Counted from the first letter of the stretch, positions 8,782-17,879 are shown. The stretch: DNA of 64,000 bases from Acutalibacteraceae bacterium (GCA_045592345.1 JAZNUN010000083.1:7987-71986); one strand, 5' to 3'. Program-made: numbers and translations. The notes: a model not told the origin generated them from the letters alone.

Positions 8782-11676
8782 TCATTGTAATTCAAGCAGT
8801 TTGCGTTTGATCTCACTGTCAATGATCTTGACCTGCTTTTCAAACACCTTGCGGGGATTATCGCCGTCGTAGATGACGCTGCGGAAAGCGTTGTCCAAAC
8901 AACGGGAGGTGTAATAGCTTCCGGGGATCTCGGGGATCTCCTGCACCCATTCACGCTGGGCGCGGAGCACTGCTTTTTCCTGGCTGCTCCAGTTCAGCAG
9001 TTCTACTGCCGCCAGGTTGGCGGTGGCATAGCGGGCGGCCTCGCCCAACTGGTTTTCCAGACGGTTACCGTAGTCCGCTTGGGTGTCGGCCCGGGTGAAC
9101 CACTCTAAGAACCGCCAGCAGGATTCGGGGTCCTTAGCGTCGCGCAGGATCACCGCCGCGGAGCCGGAGGCACCGGCGCTGCGGTCGATGGAGCCATCCT
9201 CCTGCATCGTGCCGGGCAGGGTGGTCATTTCCCAACAGCCGCGGATCTCGGTGGCTACAGCCGCCAGAGTGCCGTACATGGGATAGGCGGTAATGCACAA
9301 GGGCATCTCACCGCTACGGAACAGGGTGGCAAAATCGTAGCTTAGGTCAAAACCGTAGTCGGTATAGAAACTGACCCAGGTTTCAAAAGCCTCCAACGCC
9401 TGTTGGCTGTTCAGGGCGGTGGCATCCAAGCCGTCGTTGTAGAAACTGCCCTTATTCTGTAACAGCAGGGAGGGATACAGGTCCTTGGCACCCACACCCA
9501 CCTCCACAGCGCCGGTGGCGGTGATGGCGGTATAGGGCAGACCCACCTTCATATTGTTACGTTGCAACACAGCGGCAACGTCCATAAAATCGTCCCAGGT
9601 TTGGGGGATCTCCAGACCCAGCTCCTTAAAAATATCGGTGCGGTAGAACATGGTCTGATAGGTCTGGGTCATGGGCAGGGCGTACACGCCCCCGTTGTAG
9701 GAATAGGGGACCAGCGCATCGTCGGTGAAGCGCTCCGCCACCGAGGAAAGTTCGGTGAAGCGGGTCAGGTCCATCAAGGCGCCACGGGATGCCAGGTTAA
9801 CGGGCTGTCCGCGGGCCACGTTGATAGCCACGTCGGGGGCGGTGCCCGCCAGAGTGGCCTCGATCAGACCGCCCTGCACCAGATTCACGTTGACCGCAAT
9901 GCCGGTCTCGGAGGTGAAGGTGTCGGCAATCATATCCTTCATAATGGTGGCTTGGTCGCGGCCGTCGCTGATCCAGACGGTGATCACTTTCTGCTCGCCG
10001 TCGGCGCTGAACTCCTCCAGAGAGGCATAATCCTTGGAGAAGGTGGCTAGGAACTGACGCAGTTTAAACATCAGATTCTTCCACCAGTTGCCGCGGGCGG
10101 AGGGAATCTTCGCATCGGCGGCGTGGACCACAAAATAATCCAGTTCCAGGGGCTGCTCCTTGTTGTTCAGCAGCCAGTCGGTCAGGGCGGTGATCTTCTC
10201 GCGGAAGGTGGCCAGTTCGTCCTCAATCTTCGCAGGTTTATCAGCAAAGATATACATCTGATCCGCTACGGTACGCAGTACCGCCGACTGCTGGGACACA
10301 CCGCCGTTGATGCGCTCGAACTCGTCGGCGCAGGCATTGGTGCGGTTGGCCAGATCGGCAAGAATATCGGTTAGGCCGCGAATCTCACCGGTGAGGAAGT
10401 AATCGCGGTAGGGGTCGGGGGAAGTACCGGTCACCATAATGATGCGGCGGTACAGATCGTTCATCTCCATGGCCAGAGCATCCACGTCCAGCAGGATGGG
10501 GGCCCAGGCACCGGTGGTGGTCTCCAGACGGATGGTGTTCTTGCCCTGTTTCAACTTGACATATAGGGGACTGCCGTCGGCGTTTTGCAGGGTCACGTTG
10601 TTCCATCGGAACGCAAAGGGGAATCCTACGTTTTTCAGTTCGGCATAGGGGATCTCGCCGTTTATGTAGATATCACGATATACCGTCATATCCATAGAGA
10701 TGTTCTGACGGTATTTAAATGTCAAACAATACAGACCGTCGGCGGGCACATCCACCTCGTATTCGATCCATTCGCCCGCTGCCTTCCAGTTGGTGCCGCC
10801 GATGACGTTACGCTTGGTGAGTCCGGGGGTGTTGGGTTCGGCGTTGGCAGTTTCGGTGGCGGCATTACCCAGATCATAGGTGGGATAGATGGTGCGATCG
10901 GATTTCAGCGCCGTGGTCTCGGCGGCGTATTTCAGATACACTGCGGCATCTGCGGGGGTCAGACCCTCCGCCTGCCAGCCTGCCAGCACGTTGGCATAGC
11001 TGTCCGGCTGCCGGGTGATACCCAGCGTCACCTCTGCCAGATACAGGGGATAGTCCCCTGCTGTCAGACGGATGACGTGGGTGCCGGCGGTCAGCACGAT
11101 TTGATAGTTGTTATTGGTATATCCGGTGGTATCGTTGAGGGGGGCGGTCTGCCAGGCAGATACCTCTACCTGCTCCGGTACCAGATCGTTACCCTTGGAA
11201 TCCTGCTGGATGGCGGTGGCATCCTTCCACAGCCGCTTCAGTTCCAAACCTGCGGCTTCGCGGAAGGGATAGGCACCGTCCACCGTCAGCATCAGCTCCA
11301 GCGTCTGGCCGATACCCTGTTCGGCCGCGTATTGGGGCACCACGATATAGGTGGCGTCGGCGGGCACGGTGACCGTCCACTCGGCATAGCCGCCGGAGGC
11401 CAGACGGATGGCCGCCTTATCCAGATAGGTGAGTTTTTGGGCATTCTCCGCAGAGATTGCGGCGCTATCCGCATTCAGCAGGATGGGGGTGGTGGCCTGT
11501 GCCGCGGTGACCGATTTTTGGTACTCATAGTACGAGGGGAGGGACAACGTATCCACGGAGGTGGCGGGGGCCAAATCCGTTGCCGTTTCGGCGGTGACCG
11601 CCGCAGGAATGCAGGTGCACAGCAACGCCGCCGCTAAGGACAGCGATAACAATTTCCGTTTACAGATACGCATCAT
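8782..11676 (-). CDS. Very large extracellular solute-binding protein: signal peptide + two CBM-like beta-sandwich modules + family-1 SBP domain
   Basis: Start placed at ATG 11676 (SD AAGGAG 5 nt upstream, inside the araC 3' end); the track start at 11682 is a GTG with no spacing to the SD. Two related modules are present (GGYAEWTVTVPADATYIVV... and AGEWIEYEVDVPADGLYCLTF...KQGKNTIRLE). The C-terminal ~430 aa look like an SBP (ITVWISDGRDQATIMKDMIADTFTSETGIAVNVNLVQGG...). Confidence 0.85.
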   Translation of the reverse strand: MMRICKRKLLSLSLAAALLCTCIPAAVTAETATDLAPATSVDTLSLPSYYEYQKSVTAAQATTPILLNADSAAISAENAQKLTYLDKAAIRLASGGYAEWTVTVPADATYIVVPQYAAEQGIGQTLELMLTVDGAYPFREAAGLELKRLWKDATAIQQDSKGNDLVPEQVEVSAWQTAPLNDTTGYTNNNYQIVLTAGTHVIRLTAGDYPLYLAEVTLGITRQPDSYANVLAGWQAEGLTPADAAVYLKYAAETTALKSDRTIYPTYDLGNAATETANAEPNTPGLTKRNVIGGTNWKAAGEWIEYEVDVPADGLYCLTFKYRQNISMDMTVYRDIYINGEIPYAELKNVGFPFAFRWNNVTLQNADGSPLYVKLKQGKNTIRLETTTGAWAPILLDVDALAMEMNDLYRRIIMVTGTSPDPYRDYFLTGEIRGLTDILADLANRTNACADEFERINGGVSQQSAVLRTVADQMYIFADKPAKIEDELATFREKITALTDWLLNNKEQPLELDYFVVHAADAKIPSARGNWWKNLMFKLRQFLATFSKDYASLEEFSADGEQKVITVWISDGRDQATIMKDMIADTFTSETGIAVNVNLVQGGLIEATLAGTAPDVAINVARGQPVNLASRGALMDLTRFTELSSVAERFTDDALVPYSYNGGVYALPMTQTYQTMFYRTDIFKELGLEIPQTWDDFMDVAAVLQRNNMKVGLPYTAITATGAVEVGVGAKDLYPSLLLQNKGSFYNDGLDATALNSQQALEAFETWVSFYTDYGFDLSYDFATLFRSGEMPLCITAYPMYGTLAAVATEIRGCWEMTTLPGTMQEDGSIDRSAGASGSAAVILRDAKDPESCWRFLEWFTRADTQADYGNRLENQLGEAARYATANLAAVELLNWSSQEKAVLRAQREWVQEIPEIPGSYYTSRCLDNAFRSVIYDGDNPRKVFEKQVKIIDSEIKRKLLELQ

Positions 11677-11678
11677 TC

Positions 11679-12644
11679 TCACTCCTTTATCTCAGGTTCG
11701 GTATCGCATTCTTCCAATCCCTCAGGCATAATGGGTCCGTTGGGAGCCTTCCCCTCGGCCTTTTGGCGCAGGAACGCGGTGGGAGAGCATCCCATAGTGC
11801 GTTTGAATGCCTTGCTGAAGGATTGTACGGTGGCGTATTGCAGGCGGTTGGACACCTGCACCACAGACAGCTTGCCGCAGCACATCAGTTCAATGGCCTT
11901 TTGGATCTTTCGGTTACTGATATACCGGCGGATGGTGATGCCGTTACAGCGGCAGAAGGCATCCGACAGGTAGGAATAGTTATAGCCGATCTCTTGGGCC
12001 AATTTTTGCACGTTGATGTTCTCGAAGATATGCTTATCAATGTATTTGGCCACGGCGTACATAGACTGACTGACGTTTTTCTCCGACACGGGCGGGAAAT
12101 ACTCCCGCCTGGGCTGGGCGTTGAAGCAACGGTACACCAGCACCAGCATCTGCAGCAGATAGGACTCCACCATCACGTTGTGGAACTCCTCGTGGCCGTA
12201 CATTTCGTCCAGGTTGCGGAACAGCGGCACCACCAGATTGTGGGCGTCCGCTACCTTGTAATAAGCTAACTGCTCGTAGTAATCCTTGAGCTTTTTCAGT
12301 TCCTCGTTCTCATCGGCCTTTTCGTTGAAGGAAAAGCCGATGTAGGCGTAACGCAGATCCGATCCGTTAGCGGTACGGATGGCGTGGGTCTTGCCGGCGG
12401 GGCAGAAATGAATATCCCCTTCCACCAGCAGATCGGTCTCATTATCGGTGGTGAAGTATCCCTCGCCGCTGATAACGTAACTGATCTCGTGACACCACTG
12501 GGTGTGTGAGGGAATATCGTACCCCCGCACGCAGGACAGGTCACCTGCCTGATACAGATCAATGGCACCGAGACGGCGGACCTCGCCGCTCTCCTTGCCA
12601 TGGTACAGCATATCAAATTGGAATCGTTTTCCGTTGGTGGGCAC
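11679..12644 (-). CDS. AraC family transcriptional regulator (cupin sensor + dual HTH)
   Basis: GTG start with SD AAGGAGGTGA. The C-terminal region QKLAQEIGYNYSYLSDAFCRCNGITIRRYISNRKIQKAIELM...SNRLQYATVQSFSKAFKRTMGCSPTAF is an AraC-type HTH pair. Confidence 0.9.
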   Translation of the reverse strand: MPTNGKRFQFDMLYHGKESGEVRRLGAIDLYQAGDLSCVRGYDIPSHTQWCHEISYVISGEGYFTTDNETDLLVEGDIHFCPAGKTHAIRTANGSDLRYAYIGFSFNEKADENEELKKLKDYYEQLAYYKVADAHNLVVPLFRNLDEMYGHEEFHNVMVESYLLQMLVLVYRCFNAQPRREYFPPVSEKNVSQSMYAVAKYIDKHIFENINVQKLAQEIGYNYSYLSDAFCRCNGITIRRYISNRKIQKAIELMCCGKLSVVQVSNRLQYATVQSFSKAFKRTMGCSPTAFLRQKAEGKAPNGPIMPEGLEECDTEPEIKE

Positions 12645-12726
12645 GGTATCACCTCCTTTAGACTGAATGGCTCTCCCAAGCCGCTCATAGCGGACGGCTT
12701 GGGAGAAAAATCAAAAGATAACGAAA

Positions 12727-13887
12727 TTAGCCCTGCTTCTTGCGAATCAGGATGAAGGCTGCGGCCACACCGGCCAGCACCACAACACCGCCGCCGATGA
12801 TCCAGGGCAGTGCATTGCCCTTCTTGACGGGGTCGGCGGCAGTGCCGTTGGAAGCATTATCGTTGCCGTCCACGGCACCGTCGGCGTTGGTGGGATCGGT
12901 GATCACCTCACCGTTCTCGTTGGTGGCGGTGGTGGTGGGATCGGTGATCACCTCGCCGTTCTCGTTGGTAGCGGTGGTGGTGGGGTTGGTGATTACCTCG
13001 CCCTGAGCATTGGTGGCGGTGGTGGTATTCTTACCACCTGCCTGGGTGGTGGTGTTCTTGCCACCGGCTTGGGTGGTGGTGTTCTTGCCGCCAGCGGTGG
13101 TGTTCTTGCCGCCGGCGGTGGTGTTATTGTTGCCGGTGGTGGTCTTGGTGGCGTCGCGCTCGGCATTGATCTCGTCCCAGGTTTGGGTCAGCTTCTTGCC
13201 GGCAGGGATCTCGGTTACGGGCACATTGGAACCCATAATGATCTTCACAGAGTCCACGGCGATGTTCCACGGCACGTCGCCCTGCGCGTTACAGGGGTTG
13301 AACTGGATCTTCAGATACTTGTAGCCGGCGGGGATGACATCCGCGTTGGTCACGGTGGACATAAACCAGTAGGCCTTATCCCACTTCAGGTAGATGTTGG
13401 GGTCAAACTCATAATAGGTGGCCTGGGTCTCTACCTGTGCCCAGCTGTTTGCGGCACCGGTCTTGGAGATAAAGACGGAGATATCTTCGCGGGGGTCGCC
13501 GATACCGGCGCAGCACTGGGTCAGCAGCTCAAAGCCACCAATGTTTTTCGTCATTTTGTAGGTGATATACTCGGTGTGGTTGGGATTGCGGTCGTTATCC
13601 TGCTTGAGCAGCAGGGTGTTCTCCAGTTCCATATTGTACTCATAGCAGATCCGGTGTCCTTCGGTACCCTCGTCAGTGGAGCCGAAGGTGGAGAAATCCA
13701 CGATCTCACCGTTCTTTTCCATTTTGACCTTTTCTTCGACTTGTTTCTTGATATCCGCTTCGGTACCCACCAGCCCCTTGATCTCCAGAGTGGGGTCGGT
13801 CCACTCGCCGGTGACGGCGGCGGAGGCGGGGGCAACAACGGTCAGCATCATAGCGATAGCAAGTAATAGGGTAAACCATTTTTTCAT
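12727..13887 (-). CDS. Surface protein: signal peptide, unrecognised head module, Thr/Gly/Asn tandem repeats, C-terminal TM anchor
   Basis: Start placed at ATG 13887 (SD AAGGAGG; signal MKKWFTLLLAIAMMLTVVAPASA). The C-terminus is LPWIIGGGVVVLAGVAAAFILIRKKQG. The head module is paralogous to that of 30952-32448. Confidence 0.85.
   Translation of the reverse strand: MKKWFTLLLAIAMMLTVVAPASAAVTGEWTDPTLEIKGLVGTEADIKKQVEEKVKMEKNGEIVDFSTFGSTDEGTEGHRICYEYNMELENTLLLKQDNDRNPNHTEYITYKMTKNIGGFELLTQCCAGIGDPREDISVFISKTGAANSWAQVETQATYYEFDPNIYLKWDKAYWFMSTVTNADVIPAGYKYLKIQFNPCNAQGDVPWNIAVDSVKIIMGSNVPVTEIPAGKKLTQTWDEINAERDATKTTTGNNNTTAGGKNTTAGGKNTTTQAGGKNTTTQAGGKNTTTATNAQGEVITNPTTTATNENGEVITDPTTTATNENGEVITDPTNADGAVDGNDNASNGTAADPVKKGNALPWIIGGGVVVLAGVAAAFILIRKKQG
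12893..13143 (-). repeat. In-frame coding tandem repeats: 45 bp x3 (TTTATNENGEVITDP), then 27/27/21/21/21 bp units (GGKNTT[TQA])
   Basis: Read directly: GGATCGGTGATCACCTC(A/G)CCGTTCTCGTTGGT(G/A)GCGGTGGTGGTG recurs with a 45-nt period from 12893. GTTCTTGCC(A/G)CC...GGTGGT units follow to about 13143. Confidence 0.9.
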
Positions 13888-14149
13888 AGTGATTTCCTCC
13901 TTGATTTGGGTGGCGGACAGGCCAACCACCAATACTACAGATACATTATACTATAGGTATGGTAGTTTTTGCAAGGTCTATCATTTGGTTGGTTGTTATC
14001 CCAATTTTGTATTCTTATTTAAAACCGACAACTTTTTTGGCTTCTTGCACCAATTTTTACGCAAAAAGTGGGATTTTTATATGGATTTATAGCCAATTTG
14101 CCGGGGGGACGACCCGATTTTGGAACAAGCCGCGGGCGTCACCATATTT

Positions 14150-14194
14150 CGACAAAAAAGAAACCCGCCCGACGGTTTCCGTCGTCGGGCGGGC
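14150..14194 (-). terminator. Rho-independent terminator of the 14207-17551 gene
   Basis: The stem CCCGCCCGACG/CGTCGGGCGGG is followed on the minus strand by TTTCTTTTTTG. Confidence 0.8.
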
Positions 14195-14206
14195 AGGGAA
14201 TACGAT

Positions 14207-17200
14207 TTAGTTGTCGATACGCTTTTTGGAGGTGACGAAAGCCACCGCAGCAGATACCAGCATCAGGATGGCAGCCACAGTAACGGGGGTCATATCCTCA
14301 CCCAGTTTATCGGTGTTGCCGGGCTTGTCGTCGCCGATGCCGGGCTTGGTACCGCCCTCGGGGTTAGCATTGTTGCCACCGCCGTTGTTGCCGCCACCAT
14401 TGTTGCCACCATTGTTGCCGCCGTTATCGCCGCCATTGTTGATGGCGGGCACGCCGGCATCCTCGTGCCAGATACGCAGACCGTCCATAACGGTGGTCCA
14501 GTTCACGCGGTCCACCACCTCGCCGGTCTCGGCAATGGCGGTGCCGAACTTGTTGATCTGCACCTTCACGTAGGTGTACTCGCCGCTGACGTCGGCAGAC
14601 AGGGTGCTGTTGGCCCAGTAGGCGGACAGAGCATCCACGGTAGGCTCGGTAGCGGTGTACTTCACCTCGGTCCAGTTCTTACCGTCCTTGGACACGAAGA
14701 AGACGATGTCCTCGTTGATATAGAACTTATCGTACACGGTGATGCCCAGAGCGTCCAGCTCAATGCGCTTGACGTTGGCGGGCAGCTTATAGATCAAACT
14801 GTAGACGTCTTCGTTGTTCTGCTTGGAAATCAGGGTCTTCTTAATCTCGGTGTTGTTCTCCCACTGCAGACCATTATAGGCGGAACTCTCCCAAACTTTG
14901 GTAAAGTCGTCGAACTTATCCTCGAACAGGATCAGAGCGTTCTGCTTGTTGTAGGAAGCCAGAGCCTGCAGCAGATCGTAGGCCTTCTGAGAGCAGGCAT
15001 TGGCGGCTGCCACGGTCAGGTCGGCGCTGTTCAGCAGCTCCTCAGCCTCGGCGATCAGCGCCTCGATGGCGGCAACGTCCTCGGCCTTCATACCGGTGGT
15101 GTCCAGCTCCTGCAGAGCCAGGTATTTCTGATACAGATAGTTGTAGGCATTGTCGTTCTTGTAGGCGCTGTAGGCGGCCTTCATAGCGGCCTCGTCCATC
15201 ACCTTGGTGTAGATGCGGGCCAGAGCCACAGAACCGGCGTACGCACGGGCGCCGGTGCCGTTCTTGCTGACGTCGCCGCCGATGGTGATGTGGGAGATGG
15301 TGTTGTCGTAGGTGATAGCGCCGGGAGCCTCCAGCTCACCCACCTTGGCGCCGTCCAGATACAGCACCAGTTTATTGCCGTCAAAAGTGAGGACCGCATA
15401 ATACCAGGTGTTGGCTTTTAAAGCACCGGCGGAGATGATCTTCTCCTCGCCGTTAATGAAGACGGAGGCCTGGAAGGCGTCGTCCTTGTTGAACTCCAGT
15501 GCAAAACCGCCGTTTTCGCGGTTACCGAAGATGGTCTGACCCTCTTTTTCGCCGGGGGTGCCGTCTTCCTTGGGCTGAGGATCGAAATTAGCGGGGGTCT
15601 TGAAAGCGACCTCGATAGATAAGGCGTCGGTAATCTCTTTCAGGCTACCCAGGGAGGTGGCGTAGTTGACCCAACCGTTCATAGAAGCCACCTGACGACC
15701 CAGCTCCCCGTCGACCAGCAGTTTGATGGGGTGGGATTTGACGTACAGGTTGAACTGACGGCGGTAGGGAGAGTTATCCGCAAAGCCTGCGGCGATGTTC
15801 ACGTCCATGAAATCGGCGCGGTTCAGTGCCGCGCTGGGATCGGTGATGGGGGCGGTGGTGAACTCGCCGATAATAGCCTCGCTCACCTTACCGAAGGACT
15901 CTACAGCGGTGACGTTGACCACACACTTGGTGTTGCAGAACAGACCGTCCAGCTCCACGGTGTACTCGGTCTGCTTACCCTCCAGCTTGTAGAAGTCGGA
16001 AACGATATACTTGCTCACCAAAACCTCGCCGGCGGTGTCGGTCACGGTGACGTTGTAGGCGTGTACGTAGTCGTCGTGGCTGGCAGCGGGGAACTTCACG
16101 GTGGCGGAGTTGTAGGTCACGTTATCCACGGTGACGGCGGCACCCGCGGCAAAGGTGGGGGCTACACGATCCTCAGCGCGGTCCGCGGTATAGGTGAAGT
16201 TTTTCTTGGTGATGGGCAGGTTCAGTACCCAGGAATCCTTGACCTGCACACTCTCGTAGGCGTGGGTGGCGGACTCCGTCTCATAGGACTTCATACGCTT
16301 CACTTCCATAGTCTTGGAGGTGCCGTTGATGTCCAGAATCAGATAGTTCTGATAGTCGTAGCAGGCGGCAGAGGAACCACCGTTGCCGTCCTCGGCGGCG
16401 GTGTACTGCATAGAGGGAACGTCAATGCAGGTAAAGTTCTTCTGCATAATGGACTTCTCATTGGTGAAGTCGAAGTGGGAGTGACCTGCCAGATACACCA
16501 CCTGGGGATAGTAACGCAGCACGTCATACAGGGAACCGGTACCGCTGGAGCCCCACTCGGAGCCGTAGGTGGTGTTCGCCAGGGTCTGGTGACACATCAC
16601 GATGATGGGGGCATAGGGATCGGCGGCGGCCGCCTCGGCCAACTGCTCCTCCAGATAGCTCATGGTCTTCAGGGTGTAGGTGCCGTCCACAATGTGGTTC
16701 TCGGAGTTCAGACCGATGATGTGGATGCCGTTAACGACCTCGTGGAAGTTGGCCTGGGTCTTGCCGAAGGCATTCAGATAGGTCTGCAGCAGATCGTCGT
16801 ATTTCTCGTTGCGGAAATATACGCCCTCGAACTCGTGGTTGCCGGTGATGGTCAGCATCTTGATGTCGGTGCCGCCCATGACCTCGTTCCAAATGGCATT
16901 AAACTTGGCGTACTCCTCAGCGATGCCGGTATTAACCAGATCACCGGTGAACAGCACGGCGGAAACGCCCTGCGCCTTCAGCTCGGTCAGAGCCGCCTTC
17001 AGAGCATAGTCGCCGGCGGTGGCACCCACCTGCAGGTGGATATCGGACATAACGCCGATCTTCTGACTCTGATACACGGCCAGAGCGGGATCCAACTCGG
17101 TGGGTACGTAGTTGTCGGGGTTGCTGGGCAGGGAGGCGGCGGGGATGGACTCGCCGTCCAACTCAAAGGTATCCTCGTCGGCGTTTTTGGCGACGATGGT

Positions 17201-17551
17201 GACGTAGTCGTAGCGACCGTCGTCATCCTCTACGTCCACGTAATAGGTACCCTTGGCGGTGACGGTCATCATACCGCCGCCGATGAGCACCTCGGCATCG
17301 CTTTGATACCAGTAGACGGTATTACCGGGGACGGTAACGCCCTCTGCATCAATATCAGCGCCGCTCAGGAAGACGGAGATATCGCTCAGTTTAATATCCT
17401 GATCAACGTTGACGAATAGGTTGCGGTTGTCCTCGGTAATGGTGAAGTATTCGCCATCTGCCACAGCATGCAGAGCCGTGGTAGCAATAGCGGATACACA
17501 CATAGCCAGGCAACAAACCAGTGCCAGAATTTTTTTAGCTGTGTTTTTCAC
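14207..17551 (-). CDS. Giant surface metallophosphoesterase: signal peptide, calcineurin-like phosphoesterase, Ig/FN3-like region, LamG/ConA-like lectin domain, distant copy of the head module, NGG low-complexity, C-terminal TM anchor
   Basis: Phosphoesterase motifs are present (IGVMSDIHLQ, FTGDLVNTG, ITGNHEF, LAGHSHF), as is a LamG-like segment (YYAVLTFDGNKLVLYLDGAKVGE). The C-terminus is VTVAAILMLVSAAVAFVTSKKRIDN. GTG 17551 is preferred (SD GAAAGGTG upstream); the longest ORF reaches 17602. Confidence 0.85.
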   Translation of the reverse strand: MKNTAKKILALVCCLAMCVSAIATTALHAVADGEYFTITEDNRNLFVNVDQDIKLSDISVFLSGADIDAEGVTVPGNTVYWYQSDAEVLIGGGMMTVTAKGTYYVDVEDDDGRYDYVTIVAKNADEDTFELDGESIPAASLPSNPDNYVPTELDPALAVYQSQKIGVMSDIHLQVGATAGDYALKAALTELKAQGVSAVLFTGDLVNTGIAEEYAKFNAIWNEVMGGTDIKMLTITGNHEFEGVYFRNEKYDDLLQTYLNAFGKTQANFHEVVNGIHIIGLNSENHIVDGTYTLKTMSYLEEQLAEAAAADPYAPIIVMCHQTLANTTYGSEWGSSGTGSLYDVLRYYPQVVYLAGHSHFDFTNEKSIMQKNFTCIDVPSMQYTAAEDGNGGSSAACYDYQNYLILDINGTSKTMEVKRMKSYETESATHAYESVQVKDSWVLNLPITKKNFTYTADRAEDRVAPTFAAGAAVTVDNVTYNSATVKFPAASHDDYVHAYNVTVTDTAGEVLVSKYIVSDFYKLEGKQTEYTVELDGLFCNTKCVVNVTAVESFGKVSEAIIGEFTTAPITDPSAALNRADFMDVNIAAGFADNSPYRRQFNLYVKSHPIKLLVDGELGRQVASMNGWVNYATSLGSLKEITDALSIEVAFKTPANFDPQPKEDGTPGEKEGQTIFGNRENGGFALEFNKDDAFQASVFINGEEKIISAGALKANTWYYAVLTFDGNKLVLYLDGAKVGELEAPGAITYDNTISHITIGGDVSKNGTGARAYAGSVALARIYTKVMDEAAMKAAYSAYKNDNAYNYLYQKYLALQELDTTGMKAEDVAAIEALIAEAEELLNSADLTVAAANACSQKAYDLLQALASYNKQNALILFEDKFDDFTKVWESSAYNGLQWENNTEIKKTLISKQNNEDVYSLIYKLPANVKRIELDALGITVYDKFYINEDIVFFVSKDGKNWTEVKYTATEPTVDALSAYWANSTLSADVSGEYTYVKVQINKFGTAIAETGEVVDRVNWTTVMDGLRIWHEDAGVPAINNGGDNGGNNGGNNGGGNNGGGNNANPEGGTKPGIGDDKPGNTDKLGEDMTPVTVAAILMLVSAAVAFVTSKKRIDN

Positions 17552-17879
17552 GCTGTTCACACCTTTCTGAATAGTGTACATAATCCTATGCGATGGTTTC
17601 ACACGGCATTATTACATTTCAATTATATAGCAAAGACGCATAATTGAAAAGGTCGCATTTTTGGATACGTGTTACCTCAAATTTGGGTTTTTCGTCAAAT
17701 ATGCATTAATCGTAGAAAAAATAGAAATATTTTCGTTAAAAATGACGAATAAAAAATGACAATTTCCAATTTCACCCAAAAGCAGGACCACCTCCGCAAA
17801 GGAATATGAACCGTTGGTTTCCGGAACAAAAAACAGGTAATTCCCCTTATGCCTGTGCGTTGTTTTCAGAAAACCACCC

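Noticed and set aside
7613-11637. Plus-strand ORFs 7613-8872, 9562-10050 and 10585-11637 in the uptake operon
   Set aside because: They are antisense to permease and SBP genes that have SD sites and family motifs.
12673-12705. 11-bp-stem hairpin CTCCCAAGCCG...CGGCTTGGGAG between the surface-protein gene and araC
   Set aside because: On the transcribed (minus) strand the U-run precedes the stem rather than following it, so I do not call it a canonical terminator. It may still pause or stabilise RNA.
14120-17419. Long plus-strand ORFs (14120-15421, 15731-17419) opposite the phosphoesterase gene
   Set aside because: They are antisense shadows of a gene with clear catalytic motifs. The sequence is Gly/Val/His/Asp-rich, with no SD or signal logic.
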